Positions 26,113 through 35,583 of a DNA stretch of 40,000 nt are shown here, in pieces. A program made the position numbers and the translations under genes. The stretch comes from Aeromonas phage D6: sequence record MN131137.2; one strand, 5' to 3'. The stretch's first letter is position 1, and each line of letters starts with the position of its first letter. Under the pieces are notes generated by a model. The model saw only the letters and a list, made by a program, of their open reading frames with translations, did no database searches and had not been told where the DNA came from.

Positions 26113-27714
26113 ATGCTTTACTCAATCAAGATGAGTGGTAAAAGGAAGATAGAAGGAATCGTTGTTAGTCATAATGGCGAAGAAATCGAATTCCGTGGAA
26201 CCCAAAACGTTAACGGTGGTGACGCGAACCAACCGTTGTACGAATTCCTCAATAGCTTCTTCGAGAGTGTCCATGCGCACAAACTGGACCAACTCTGGGG
26301 TTGCCTGAAAGCAGCAAAACGTATCCTGGAACCAGGGTATTTCGAAGGAGAAGAAGAAACTCGTGAACTCGAAGAGTTGCGAGCGAACACTGACAACTAT
26401 GAATTCCTGGTATCCAAGTTGTCCGGGATCTTCAAGCAGATCTACTCCATCATTCCACCAGGTGATATCGCCTACGCCGCAAGTGTAGAGAAACGCGATG
26501 AACCGCCACGCGACCTGATGCAGGTTGCTTCGACAGGACGGTATCCTGAAGAGACCACCATCACTCCCGACAAATATCGTGAGTTGGTGCGACTCTCCTT
26601 TGCCATCCAACTCAGCTTCCCGATCATGAACCAGTTCCTGGACAACATCGTGAAGAAGACTGGTAAGGAATATCAGTACGCACCAGCGGGCGACATCATC
26701 ACCAGTTTCCCAGCTGTGATCGATATGCCCGGTTGGCGAGTTCTGGAAACCTATATCAGGGCATCCTGTCAACGTCAAGAAAGCAAACGTAACTCAATGG
26801 AAGTAGTTTCCAATGATCGTTATGTTACCAACATCATTTTCCGTGGTGTCTTTGGTAAGCTGGCGCTGTCTTTCATCCCGAGCCTGGACAGGGATAAGAA
26901 CCTGTCTAAGCAACTCAACAGTCTGGTAGAAGGCGAAGTGCGCAAAGAACAATCCACGCGCTTCACTAGCTATACCGACAACAAACCTGGTTCCGATGAT
27001 CAGTCCATCCCGGAAAGTTATCGGATTTGCCAGAACGTTAACGGAACCGAGGAATTAGCTCAGGCCGAGTTCTTCAGTTTCGGGATGTTCGACGAAGAGG
27101 AGAATCCGCGGTACACCAACTTCTTCTACTATCAGTGTCAGGCTCTGGGGATCAAGAACCAGGAACTTGCTGAACGGGTATTCAACTGTATCCCGACAGT
27201 GACCAATCTCCATCTGACCAAGATTCAGTTGAAGTTGTTGCAACTGGTATATAAAGAAGACATCGGAATGTATCTGGTTCCGGCGTTGGATTATCGCCAG
27301 TACACTGCGGCAATCGCCCTGGCACAAGTTCGTTTGTACGAAATGGGTTATGAGTATCTTGCGCAACTGTGCGGGATCATGCGTAATCCAGAATTGCCGA
27401 TCACCTACATGAACGACGAATTCAAGCTCAACACCAAGGAGCGAGATCAGTTGGTAGCGTTGTGTGATCTTTACGACGGTCAATCGGATGCGTCCACTGA
27501 TAACCTCATGGTTATCGCTGCCCAGGAGATGCTGGATGAACTGGGTAATTCTGGTTGGGAAAGTAATATCGAACCTGGGTTGTTTAGCAACCAAGAGTTC
27601 ATTGACCACATGTCTGCTGGTGATACTTATGAAGTCTCACTGGTTCCGCAAATCAAGACTGAACTGTTGGAATTCATCGTACTGATGAACACCGCAGAAA
27701 CCACCGAACAATAA
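26113..27714 (+). CDS. putative fifth subunit of the non-virion RNA polymerase (phiKZ gp68-like), 533 aa
   Basis: Size and position: two genes upstream of the RNAP beta C-terminal gene, as gp68 relative to gp71-73. AGGAGG upstream. No catalytic motif; synteny only. Confidence 0.5.
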   Translation: MLYSIKMSGKRKIEGIVVSHNGEEIEFRGTQNVNGGDANQPLYEFLNSFFESVHAHKLDQLWGCLKAAKRILEPGYFEGEEETRELEELRANTDNYEFLVSKLSGIFKQIYSIIPPGDIAYAASVEKRDEPPRDLMQVASTGRYPEETTITPDKYRELVRLSFAIQLSFPIMNQFLDNIVKKTGKEYQYAPAGDIITSFPAVIDMPGWRVLETYIRASCQRQESKRNSMEVVSNDRYVTNIIFRGVFGKLALSFIPSLDRDKNLSKQLNSLVEGEVRKEQSTRFTSYTDNKPGSDDQSIPESYRICQNVNGTEELAQAEFFSFGMFDEEENPRYTNFFYYQCQALGIKNQELAERVFNCIPTVTNLHLTKIQLKLLQLVYKEDIGMYLVPALDYRQYTAAIALAQVRLYEMGYEYLAQLCGIMRNPELPITYMNDEFKLNTKERDQLVALCDLYDGQSDASTDNLMVIAAQEMLDELGNSGWESNIEPGLFSNQEFIDHMSAGDTYEVSLVPQIKTELLEFIVLMNTAETTEQ

Positions 27715-27737
27715 ACAAGTAAATAGAGGAAATAACA

Positions 27738-29261
27738 ATGCTGCAACTGATCGAAGTTAAATGTGGTCTGACCAACTTCTACCCGGACCAGGTAATCCGC
27801 AACAACGAGATGAATCTCAATAATGAGATCATCAACGACATGGTTCGTGAAAACCTGTCTGGTGGTGTCACCCCGTCCACTCTGCTTCATGGTGCTGCAC
27901 TTTGTGGTGGGCTCAGTGCGCAAGCGACTGACTGGGGTCAGATCTATGGTGGCTGGAATGACTCCAAGGGCTTGATGCTCATGAAGTTCGTCCAGGAAGG
28001 TAACAACCCGGTGATGGTAGAATATGTCCACGTGATGGGCTATATCCACAGCAACAACAGTCAAGGTCTGGATCGTAACGCGATCTTCGTACCTCAGTAC
28101 AGTTGGCGCACCACCGAGCGTGTGACCGCTGGTGCCACTTTCGACATGGCAACCAACATCAAACGCACCCTCTCTCACCGTACCGACTACCTGATCAACG
28201 ACACCTATCGCCAAGAAGAAATCGTGACCCTCCGTCCTACCGACGTCCTGGATGGTGCTTCCAACCTGATGTGTCGTGAAGACACCATGCGTCTGATGGA
28301 ACAAGAAGGACTCGAATCCTTCGACCCGCAGACCATCGTGGCCGGTTCCTCTGTGAAACGGGTTGGTGTAGTACCTTCCACTCGTTCCAACCTGAACCCG
28401 TCAGCTTACGCCACCGAATGTCTTGGTGGTGCACTGACCATCCAGAACAACACTCGGAACTACCAACCTGGTTGGAATGGTACCGAGATGTCCGGTAACT
28501 GGAACACCGTGGCGGAAATTGGCGCAGAGATGCGTGGTCGTGAACCGCTGTTGACCCAGGACGAGTTCTTCCGTGATGTACGGACTCACTCCGGTGCTGT
28601 GGTGGATAACGGGTTCGGCGGTTTCAGCATTGGTGATCTGGAAGTCACCTACCCCAACTTCGAAGACGTGTTGGACTTGACACTGTATGACGCAGAAATG
28701 TATCAGCAGTTCAACTACACCGAAACTTCCGAAGCGATGGGTACCAGTCAGCTCGGCGAGTTCGTCTCCCAGGAAATCATGATGAACATCATGGACCTGA
28801 TGGCGAAGAACGACCTGGCAGCGATCAAGCTCCGTGGTTCCAACTGCGACTACCAAAACGGTGACGGTCATCTGTCCAATGTGAACATCATTCCTTACGA
28901 CGGTGTTTCCCTGAAAGACGACGACTTCAACCTGGGTTACAACATGAAGCAACTGGTGGCCAGCCTGACCACACAGATCTTCGTAAAACTCAACGGTGTC
29001 AATCCCAGTAACCTGGTTCCGCTCCGCTTCTCCATCGAAGCAGAACTGATGGGTACTTGTAACGTAAGTGTCCAGATCGTGGATATGAACAACGCATCCC
29101 AACACTTCGATATGGCCGAGAGTGGTAACATCGTTGGTATGGTGAACCGTTCCTTCCCGACCTTCGCAATCAACAACTACAGCTCCATCATCGGGACCTC
29201 CGATACAGCTCTCCAAGGAAGCCAAAACTTCCTGAACAACGTCTCCAGCTATTTCAATTAA
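27738..29261 (+). CDS. conserved phiKZ-like protein at the gp69 position; candidate nuclear-import factor (PicA/Imp1-like), 507 aa
   Basis: High codon bias; gene order gp68-gp69-gp70-gp71/73-gp74. Family by synteny only. Confidence 0.4.
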   Translation: MLQLIEVKCGLTNFYPDQVIRNNEMNLNNEIINDMVRENLSGGVTPSTLLHGAALCGGLSAQATDWGQIYGGWNDSKGLMLMKFVQEGNNPVMVEYVHVMGYIHSNNSQGLDRNAIFVPQYSWRTTERVTAGATFDMATNIKRTLSHRTDYLINDTYRQEEIVTLRPTDVLDGASNLMCREDTMRLMEQEGLESFDPQTIVAGSSVKRVGVVPSTRSNLNPSAYATECLGGALTIQNNTRNYQPGWNGTEMSGNWNTVAEIGAEMRGREPLLTQDEFFRDVRTHSGAVVDNGFGGFSIGDLEVTYPNFEDVLDLTLYDAEMYQQFNYTETSEAMGTSQLGEFVSQEIMMNIMDLMAKNDLAAIKLRGSNCDYQNGDGHLSNVNIIPYDGVSLKDDDFNLGYNMKQLVASLTTQIFVKLNGVNPSNLVPLRFSIEAELMGTCNVSVQIVDMNNASQHFDMAESGNIVGMVNRSFPTFAINNYSSIIGTSDTALQGSQNFLNNVSSYFN

Positions 29262-29271
29262 GGAAATGACA

Positions 29272-30780
29272 ATGAACCAACTGAACAAAATCTACGTAGC
29301 GGTCAACAAATCCCTCAACGTGGAGTTTGACGAGAACTATGCCATGTTCCTGAACATGGGTGGTGCCAAGCATCCGGTAAAGGTTGACGACAAACAAGTC
29401 TACCTGGGTGAAAGCGAGGTGCTGAACGGCGTTACCATCGGTAAGGTGATCTTCCACCCGGCCTGCGAATCCATCATGTCGAAGGAAACCGAGATCTTCA
29501 AGGTTATCCGGAAACTGACTGCCGCTCGTCTCTATCAAGTCGTGCAGCCGGTTGCGCAAGTCATCTTCGCCGTGGCCGGTAAGAAGTCCGGTAAGACTCT
29601 GAACGGTAAACTGGTGGAGTTCCTGGCTCCTTTCAAGGCTGCCAGTAAGGAAGTGAAGGATGATGTACTGGCGTTGATCCAGGATATCGGTATCACTCTG
29701 GATGGTGCTGGTATCGATAACCGGATGATCACCTTCAACATGGTGAAGGGTGGTAAGGATGCCGATGGCAACCACATCTATTACACCACCACTCCGAGCT
29801 ATCCGTACTACAACGAAGTCGTCAAGTTCATGTCGCAGAACGCCGGCAAGAAACCTGGTGACAAGGTTGTGTTCAACAAGACCAAGGTTGACTACGCAGC
29901 ACTGCTGTTGGTTGTCGCCATGTTCGAGTTGGTCTTCCCGTCGGTAACTGATCCGTCCTGCCATGCTGCCAGTGTCACCACTGCCGACTGTGCTCGACTG
30001 ATCTCCTTCTTCCAGTCCTACGCACTGGTCGCATCCGAAGTGAACGCTTTCATCGGTAAGTTCCGTAAGGAATTCGATGCTATCGGGATCTACGGTATCG
30101 ATCTGAGCTGGCTGGGTGATCTGGAAACCATCGGTGAACTGAAAGACCTGATCCCGTCCATGCCGTACAACAACTACAACACCAGTTCTCCGGCCAAGGA
30201 AGCTGCTGCTGATCCGTACGCAGCACTGCTGAACACCAACCGTCAAGTGATCGCACCGACTGTGGCCAACACCACCACCCAGACTCAACAGTCAGCAACT
30301 GGCCAACCGCCGGCCCCTGCCTGTAAGCCTGGTGAAGCACTGATGAGCTGCGAGTTGATCCCGAGCAACGGTCTGTACGAGTTCAAGTACAGTACCGCCA
30401 CCGGTATGATTCGTATCGTCACCACTGCTGAAGATGGTCGGATCCAAACCGAGTCCTACACTTCTCCGCAAGCTCTGGCTGCCAAAGCTCAGATGCAAGC
30501 AATGAAGGAAGCCGCTCTGGGAATGGGTCTGATGATGCCCGGCATGATGCAACCGGTACCCCAGTTCGATGCGTGGGGTAATCCGATTCGCCGTCCTACC
30601 GGTATCTTCGGTCAAGTACCTCCTGGTTACTTCCGTGACTCTATGACCGGCCAACTGGTACCTGTCCAACAGGGTCACCAGCAACAAGGTGGTCTGGGTA
30701 CTCAGGATGCCTGGGGAACTGGTCAACAGCAAGTTCCTTACCAGGATAACTTCTACGGTGGTTACACCAACTTCCAGTAA
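29272..30780 (+). CDS. conserved phiKZ-like protein at the gp70 position with Gln/Pro/Gly-rich C-terminus (502 aa; start 29266 or 29272)
   Basis: High codon bias; N-terminal folded part, C-terminal low-complexity tail (VPVQQGHQQQGGLGTQDAWGTGQQQVPYQDNFYGGYTNFQ). Confidence 0.6.
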   Translation: MNQLNKIYVAVNKSLNVEFDENYAMFLNMGGAKHPVKVDDKQVYLGESEVLNGVTIGKVIFHPACESIMSKETEIFKVIRKLTAARLYQVVQPVAQVIFAVAGKKSGKTLNGKLVEFLAPFKAASKEVKDDVLALIQDIGITLDGAGIDNRMITFNMVKGGKDADGNHIYYTTTPSYPYYNEVVKFMSQNAGKKPGDKVVFNKTKVDYAALLLVVAMFELVFPSVTDPSCHAASVTTADCARLISFFQSYALVASEVNAFIGKFRKEFDAIGIYGIDLSWLGDLETIGELKDLIPSMPYNNYNTSSPAKEAAADPYAALLNTNRQVIAPTVANTTTQTQQSATGQPPAPACKPGEALMSCELIPSNGLYEFKYSTATGMIRIVTTAEDGRIQTESYTSPQALAAKAQMQAMKEAALGMGLMMPGMMQPVPQFDAWGNPIRRPTGIFGQVPPGYFRDSMTGQLVPVQQGHQQQGGLGTQDAWGTGQQQVPYQDNFYGGYTNFQ

Positions 30781-30789
30781 GACAATAAA

Positions 30790-30819
30790 AGCCAGGGAAC
30801 CCGTGAGGGCTCCCTGGCT
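30790..30819. terminator. bidirectional terminator between convergent genes
   Basis: AGCCAGGGA...TCCCTGGCT, with AATAAAA on the left and a long T-run shortly to the right. Confidence 0.8.
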
Positions 30820-30840
30820 CTTTATATACTTATTTTTTTT

Positions 30841-31182
30841 TTATTCCCGTTGTACGCGGTTAGTCTGCGTGATCATCAGCAAGTCTTCACGAGTAATCAT
30901 CTTGATTTCAGAGAGATGACTGAAGTCTGCTGTTGGATCGTCGATATCGTTGATGAACCCAATAACCCACATCATGTCTTCGGCGACTCGTTCGGTTATT
31001 GTTCCTGCACCATACTCCCTAAGGAACTTATAGAAGTTATGACGATAGGCAAACTTCTTACCTATGTCAACAATGGGAACACTACTAGCTCTCGCTTGTA
31101 ATATTTCTTTACAAGACCTGACTATTACTTTGAATTCCTCAGTGTAGAAGTAATCATTCCCACTGGCGATACGTAAAGGCAT
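30841..31182 (-). CDS. hypothetical protein (113 aa)
   Basis: Minus-strand ORF with AAAGGAGTCGTTATG start context; fills the space between a bidirectional terminator and the promoter region at about 31220. Confidence 0.75.
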   Translation of the reverse strand: MPLRIASGNDYFYTEEFKVIVRSCKEILQARASSVPIVDIGKKFAYRHNFYKFLREYGAGTITERVAEDMMWVIGFINDIDDPTADFSHLSEIKMITREDLLMITQTNRVQRE

Positions 31183-31221
31183 AACGACTCCTTTAAAATA
31201 ATTCCCCTATATCTTTTCAAC

Positions 31222-31242
31222 CAGATATTATCTAGTTGTTAC
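31222..31242 (+). promoter_or_regulatory. putative phage promoter element
   Basis: CAGATATTATCTAGTTGTTAC, in a divergent intergenic region. Confidence 0.45.
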
Positions 31243-31264
31243 ACACAAGAAGGGTAATCAGAAA

Positions 31265-33355
31265 ATGTCCAAGAAAATAAACCAAGTAACACCAGATACC
31301 GCAGGTGTTGCGGTAGGTCTCAACGCAAACCGGATGTGTACTTCTCCATCCCGTCTGTACATGCTCTGTAAGAACCAAGGCAAAGCCGCGGTAATCAAGC
31401 ACAGCACTGGCCGTTTGATGGCTACTGCTGACGAACAAGAGTATGCACGGACTGCTCGCAAAGTAGAGACCGATGGTAACGTGGTTGTTGAAGAGGTGTT
31501 CTTCGTCAAGGATCCCAACAACACCAATCAGCCGATGATGTGGGGTACTCAATATGTCATCGTGAGAAATGAGGATACTCACGTATATGACTTGATCGAA
31601 ATGTCCAAGTTCAATACCCAAAACATGGAACTGGGTTTTGAATACAAGTACAACAAGGACCTTCTCCGGACGGTTCAGAAGGGAGCCAGGTACAAGAAGG
31701 GTACGGTGTTTGCCAGTTCTGCTCGGATCACCGAATCTGGCGAGTGGTGTCCTGGGGTAGAAACTCGTGTGGCAGCAATGTCTCATGTGGATACCGAAGA
31801 AGACGCGGTTGTCATCTACCGCAGTTACGCCCAAAAGGTTGGTGTCGTGTTCTCCAGGGAACATCGTTATCAGTGGGACGAAGAAGACTACGTCATGCTG
31901 AACCTTTACGGTGAACTTGATCGTCATCAGGGATTCCCCTTCTCCGGTGAACGTGTTCGTCATGATGGGATCGTGATGGGCTTTCGTAAGAAAGATAAAA
32001 CGGTAGCTCTGAACGCACTGTCCAAGCAGGCACTGATGGAACCGGATCCGATGTACGACGTGCTGTTCTATTCCAGCCCTGACTGTATCGTGGCCGATAT
32101 CCAAGTAGAAACCGAACGGTACAAAAACCAGTCCAACAACCGGAAAGCTGAAAAGCGCACGCTTCCGCACACTGCTGAACTGGAACGTATCGAGGAAATG
32201 TACAACGAGTTCTATAACCGTGTTATTCGCTGGTACAACAGCGTAAAACGCAACCATAGCGACCAGGTACCTCTTTCTCCGGCACTCTGGAACTTCATCA
32301 TCACCTGCCAGGCAAACATCACCAGGGACTTCTCCACGCCCCATGCAACCGGTAAGTTCCACAAAGTCAAACGGAAGATGAGTAACATCAATCTGAAAGA
32401 CTGGCGGATCACCATCAAGCTGCGGGAAGACGTTGAAGGTAAAGTACGTTTCAAGAACACCGGGATGGACGGTAACAAGTCGGTTATCATGAAAGTACTT
32501 CCAGACGAGGAAGCGCCGATCGATGACCACGGTAACCGTTGCGACATGATCGTAGGTAACACACCTGCATTCCGTCGACAAATCCTGGGTACACTGATCG
32601 AACTGGATGTGAACTTCATCAACATCCATACCTATCCCAAGATCGTTGCCGCGTATGATGCCGGTGATATGGAGACAGCTTGGAACCTTGCATCGACCTT
32701 CTACAAAACAGTGAACCCGTCGTTTGGTGAACTGGTAGAGTCTTTGAACGGTGAAGAGCGACTCAAACACCTGGCCTGGATCCGGCAGAAAGATACTGAG
32801 TTCTCGGTACAAGCGCCGTCAGCAGATGGTGAAGTGGGGATCAGTATCATCGAGAGATTGAAAGAGCAGTATCCCGACATTCAACCGACCCCGGTCACCT
32901 ACATTAACCAGTATGGCGATACCATCAGAACTCGTCACCCGATCGTAATCAGTTCGCTGTATTACATCATGCTGGATAAGTTTGGTGATGACATGTCCTG
33001 TCAGTCAACTCCCAAGTTCAACATCTTTGGTCTTCCTACCTCTCTGAGTAAGGATGAACGTGCCCGGGAATTCCACCGTAGTGTGGGTAACCGAAACGTG
33101 GGTGAAACTGAAGGTCGTCTCTTCATCAACCAGAAAGGTGGTGTTGCCGCTGTAAGGACGTTGGCCTTGGGTAACTCTCCGGCATTGCTGGAACAATCCG
33201 TGCGTCGCATCATCCGTGCAGACAACCCGATGACAATCAAGTATCTGGTTAAGCCGGGTGAGGAACGTCAAAACCACGCACTCCAGGTGATGGATAACAT
33301 GTTGTCTGACTTCGGGTCGAAGCTGCGCCGTGAACGCCCGGAAGACATCGTTTAA
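31265..33355 (+). CDS. non-virion RNA polymerase beta-like subunit, C-terminal part (phiKZ gp71-73-like, 696 aa)
   Basis: YKKGTVFASS...EDAVVIYRSYAQKVG, SGERVRHDGIVMG and C-terminal GNRNVGETEGRLFIN (beta GQRFGEME-like region); adjacent to beta' C-terminal gene. Confidence 0.8.
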   Translation: MSKKINQVTPDTAGVAVGLNANRMCTSPSRLYMLCKNQGKAAVIKHSTGRLMATADEQEYARTARKVETDGNVVVEEVFFVKDPNNTNQPMMWGTQYVIVRNEDTHVYDLIEMSKFNTQNMELGFEYKYNKDLLRTVQKGARYKKGTVFASSARITESGEWCPGVETRVAAMSHVDTEEDAVVIYRSYAQKVGVVFSREHRYQWDEEDYVMLNLYGELDRHQGFPFSGERVRHDGIVMGFRKKDKTVALNALSKQALMEPDPMYDVLFYSSPDCIVADIQVETERYKNQSNNRKAEKRTLPHTAELERIEEMYNEFYNRVIRWYNSVKRNHSDQVPLSPALWNFIITCQANITRDFSTPHATGKFHKVKRKMSNINLKDWRITIKLREDVEGKVRFKNTGMDGNKSVIMKVLPDEEAPIDDHGNRCDMIVGNTPAFRRQILGTLIELDVNFINIHTYPKIVAAYDAGDMETAWNLASTFYKTVNPSFGELVESLNGEERLKHLAWIRQKDTEFSVQAPSADGEVGISIIERLKEQYPDIQPTPVTYINQYGDTIRTRHPIVISSLYYIMLDKFGDDMSCQSTPKFNIFGLPTSLSKDERAREFHRSVGNRNVGETEGRLFINQKGGVAAVRTLALGNSPALLEQSVRRIIRADNPMTIKYLVKPGEERQNHALQVMDNMLSDFGSKLRRERPEDIV

Positions 33356-33377
33356 TAATAGCAAAGTAGGAGTTAAG

Positions 33378-35390
33378 ATGAAAAAGGTAACACTTCGTGA
33401 ATGGGCCAACCTTTCGATGGAGGCGATGTTGTTGGAAACGCAACGTCGTTTCCGTATGGAGGTGGTCGATGATAAAGACGATGTGGTGATTACTGACTCC
33501 TGGATGATGGCGATGACCTGGTTCAGTCTCGGGGTCCATCGTCACTTCAAAGATGAACCGTACCATATCGACGAATGTTGTCTTCTGGTTTCCAATGGTG
33601 GTCGTCAAGCCTTCGTGGATGATGACACACTACAGAAACCGATCGATAACTTCCTCGGTCGTGTCATGCCCAAGTACGATGATCCGGTCATTTACGATCT
33701 GATCAAACAACTTGTGTTTGTTTGGCATAACCAGATACACAACTACCTCTGTCTCAAAACAGAGGACGCTGCTGTGTCTGCACGGTCAACCGAAATACTG
33801 GACATCCGTAATCATCCCAGGGTTGCCGATCTGAAGCGCCGGGTGATGAGTAAAGAAGTTCATATGGCTGATGCGGCTAAAGAGTTCGAAGAGATCATGA
33901 TGGGTGAGCCTGACTTCGATCGGTCAGTGTTCGCTCTTCTTTATCGAACCCGTGGTGTTTCATCCGTTCAGTCATTCCAGTTGCTGATCTCTCGTGGTGA
34001 CGTAACCGACTTGAACCAGACCATCATGCCCAACACCGTACTCGACAGTTATGCTGACGGGATTACTGATCTGGCCGACTCTCTGGCGGACTCTAAGTCC
34101 GCCGGTATCTCCCTGATCTCTAACAACGGTGCCTTGCAAGACTCCGAATGGTTCCACAAGAAGATTCACAACCACGCTCAAGTTGTTCGTGGGGTCAAGT
34201 ATCAACAAGACTGTGGGTCGACGACAGGAACCATCCTGAAGATCATCTCCAAGGACTTCAGGGACTCCCTGTCCGGTAAGTATCGGATCATGCCTGATGG
34301 TAGTTCCGTACTGCTGCACAAAGACACCTTGAAGGAAATCAAGACTGGTGATATTGTTATCATCCGTTCTGTAGCCTGGTGTCACCACGGGGCTGATAAA
34401 CCATGTGCTCGTTGTTTCGGCGCGATGGTCTCAGCTCTTCCCTATAACCCATATACCAAACGCAGTGCAGTGCCTGGCCTGTTCTATGGTTCAACCTTTG
34501 CAGAGCCCATCGGTCAGTCTATCTTGAAGACGAAACACCGTATCGGGTCGGCAAGTACCAAGGGATATGTCGTATCTTCCCAAGACAAGGATTATATCAC
34601 CACTGATGAAGCTGGTGATTATCTCTACTTCAACGAGAAGATCCTCAATGAAGAGAGTGAACCTTTCTTGATCCTGGATAAGGAAACTCACCAAGACCTT
34701 TCTGACTATCGTGTCATTGAAAGTATGGGTGACATTCCGCAAGCCAGTCTTCGTAGCTATCAGTCTATCCGTCTGAAGATCAGTATGGAAAACCCGATGG
34801 TTCCGGATGAACGAGCTTATCAATTCCCGATCATTGTCACAACAGTGGCAAGTCGTGATGCCAGGATGACCAAACCCTTCGTAGAGTACCTGATGACTCA
34901 GGACATCGTCGAAGAAGGTCGTGGGTACAAGATCTCACTGAAAGACTTCGATCCCAAAGAGCCGGCGTTCATCCTTCCTCAAGTCAACGAGGATTTGGAT
35001 GCGTATCGGAAACGGGTTGAGGATTTCCTGACAGTGACTCTTCGTGGACGCCATGACCGGGAAGTAACACCGGAGATGCACGGTGAGCTCATGGTGGCGT
35101 TGTGGAAGGTTGTTGACGAGAAGTATAAGGGTGCGAATATCATCATGCATGATATCTTCCTCTTTGCCGCAATGGCAAGGGATCCGCAGAACCTGAACTA
35201 CTCGTTGCCAAACTGTAACGATCGCCGTGTGTTTATTGCGATGCACGAGGGTGTAATGAACCGGGGTATTGGTAACGCGATGCTCTATGGTTATCAGAAC
35301 GAATCACTGCTGAGTAACCCAGCGTGTTATCTGGTGACCAACCGTCAAATGGGTGCGCTCGAGGCATTCATGCAACCGATGTGTGTATAA
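33378..35390 (+). CDS. non-virion RNA polymerase beta'-like subunit, C-terminal part (phiKZ gp74-like, 670 aa)
   Basis: ATG 33378 after taggagtt. WCHHGADKPCARCFGAMV is the beta' C-terminal Zn region, followed by YGSTFAEPIGQSILKTKHRIGSAS (beta' [25 protein letters not shown] region). Confidence 0.85.
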   Translation: MKKVTLREWANLSMEAMLLETQRRFRMEVVDDKDDVVITDSWMMAMTWFSLGVHRHFKDEPYHIDECCLLVSNGGRQAFVDDDTLQKPIDNFLGRVMPKYDDPVIYDLIKQLVFVWHNQIHNYLCLKTEDAAVSARSTEILDIRNHPRVADLKRRVMSKEVHMADAAKEFEEIMMGEPDFDRSVFALLYRTRGVSSVQSFQLLISRGDVTDLNQTIMPNTVLDSYADGITDLADSLADSKSAGISLISNNGALQDSEWFHKKIHNHAQVVRGVKYQQDCGSTTGTILKIISKDFRDSLSGKYRIMPDGSSVLLHKDTLKEIKTGDIVIIRSVAWCHHGADKPCARCFGAMVSALPYNPYTKRSAVPGLFYGSTFAEPIGQSILKTKHRIGSASTKGYVVSSQDKDYITTDEAGDYLYFNEKILNEESEPFLILDKETHQDLSDYRVIESMGDIPQASLRSYQSIRLKISMENPMVPDERAYQFPIIVTTVASRDARMTKPFVEYLMTQDIVEEGRGYKISLKDFDPKEPAFILPQVNEDLDAYRKRVEDFLTVTLRGRHDREVTPEMHGELMVALWKVVDEKYKGANIIMHDIFLFAAMARDPQNLNYSLPNCNDRRVFIAMHEGVMNRGIGNAMLYGYQNESLLSNPACYLVTNRQMGALEAFMQPMCV

Positions 35391-35400
35391 GGAGAACGTA

Positions 35401-35583
35401 ATGCGTTTCACTATTAATGAGCTGAAAGAGTTTGTAACCGGTACCGGAACCCGTCAAGCTGACGGGTCTCTCAAACCCGTTCGTCCCCACCAGCTCGGTG
35501 GGCTGATTGGTTTGAAACGTCGCTTCAAAGACGCGGCACTGGTTCTCTGCAAGAAAGCTGATGTGGTGACTTGGGATGACTGA
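35401..35583 (+). CDS. small hypothetical protein (60 aa)
   Basis: ATG 35401 after aaggagaacgta; MRFTINELKEFVTGTGTRQADGS.... Confidence 0.7.
   Translation: MRFTINELKEFVTGTGTRQADGSLKPVRPHQLGGLIGLKRRFKDAALVLCKKADVVTWDD

Noticed and set aside
28401-30288. Minus-strand ORFs (295 aa at 28401 and 344 aa at 29254)
   Set aside because: Antisense to codon-biased plus-strand genes with good ribosome sites.
30850-31101. 83-aa plus-strand ORF
   Set aside because: Lies antisense to the minus-strand gene at 30841..31182, which has the better start context, and lacks its own ribosome site.
31232-32812. 526-aa minus-strand ORF opposite the RNAP beta C-terminal gene
   Set aside because: The opposite strand encodes recognisable RNAP motifs; the antisense product has no plausible domains.
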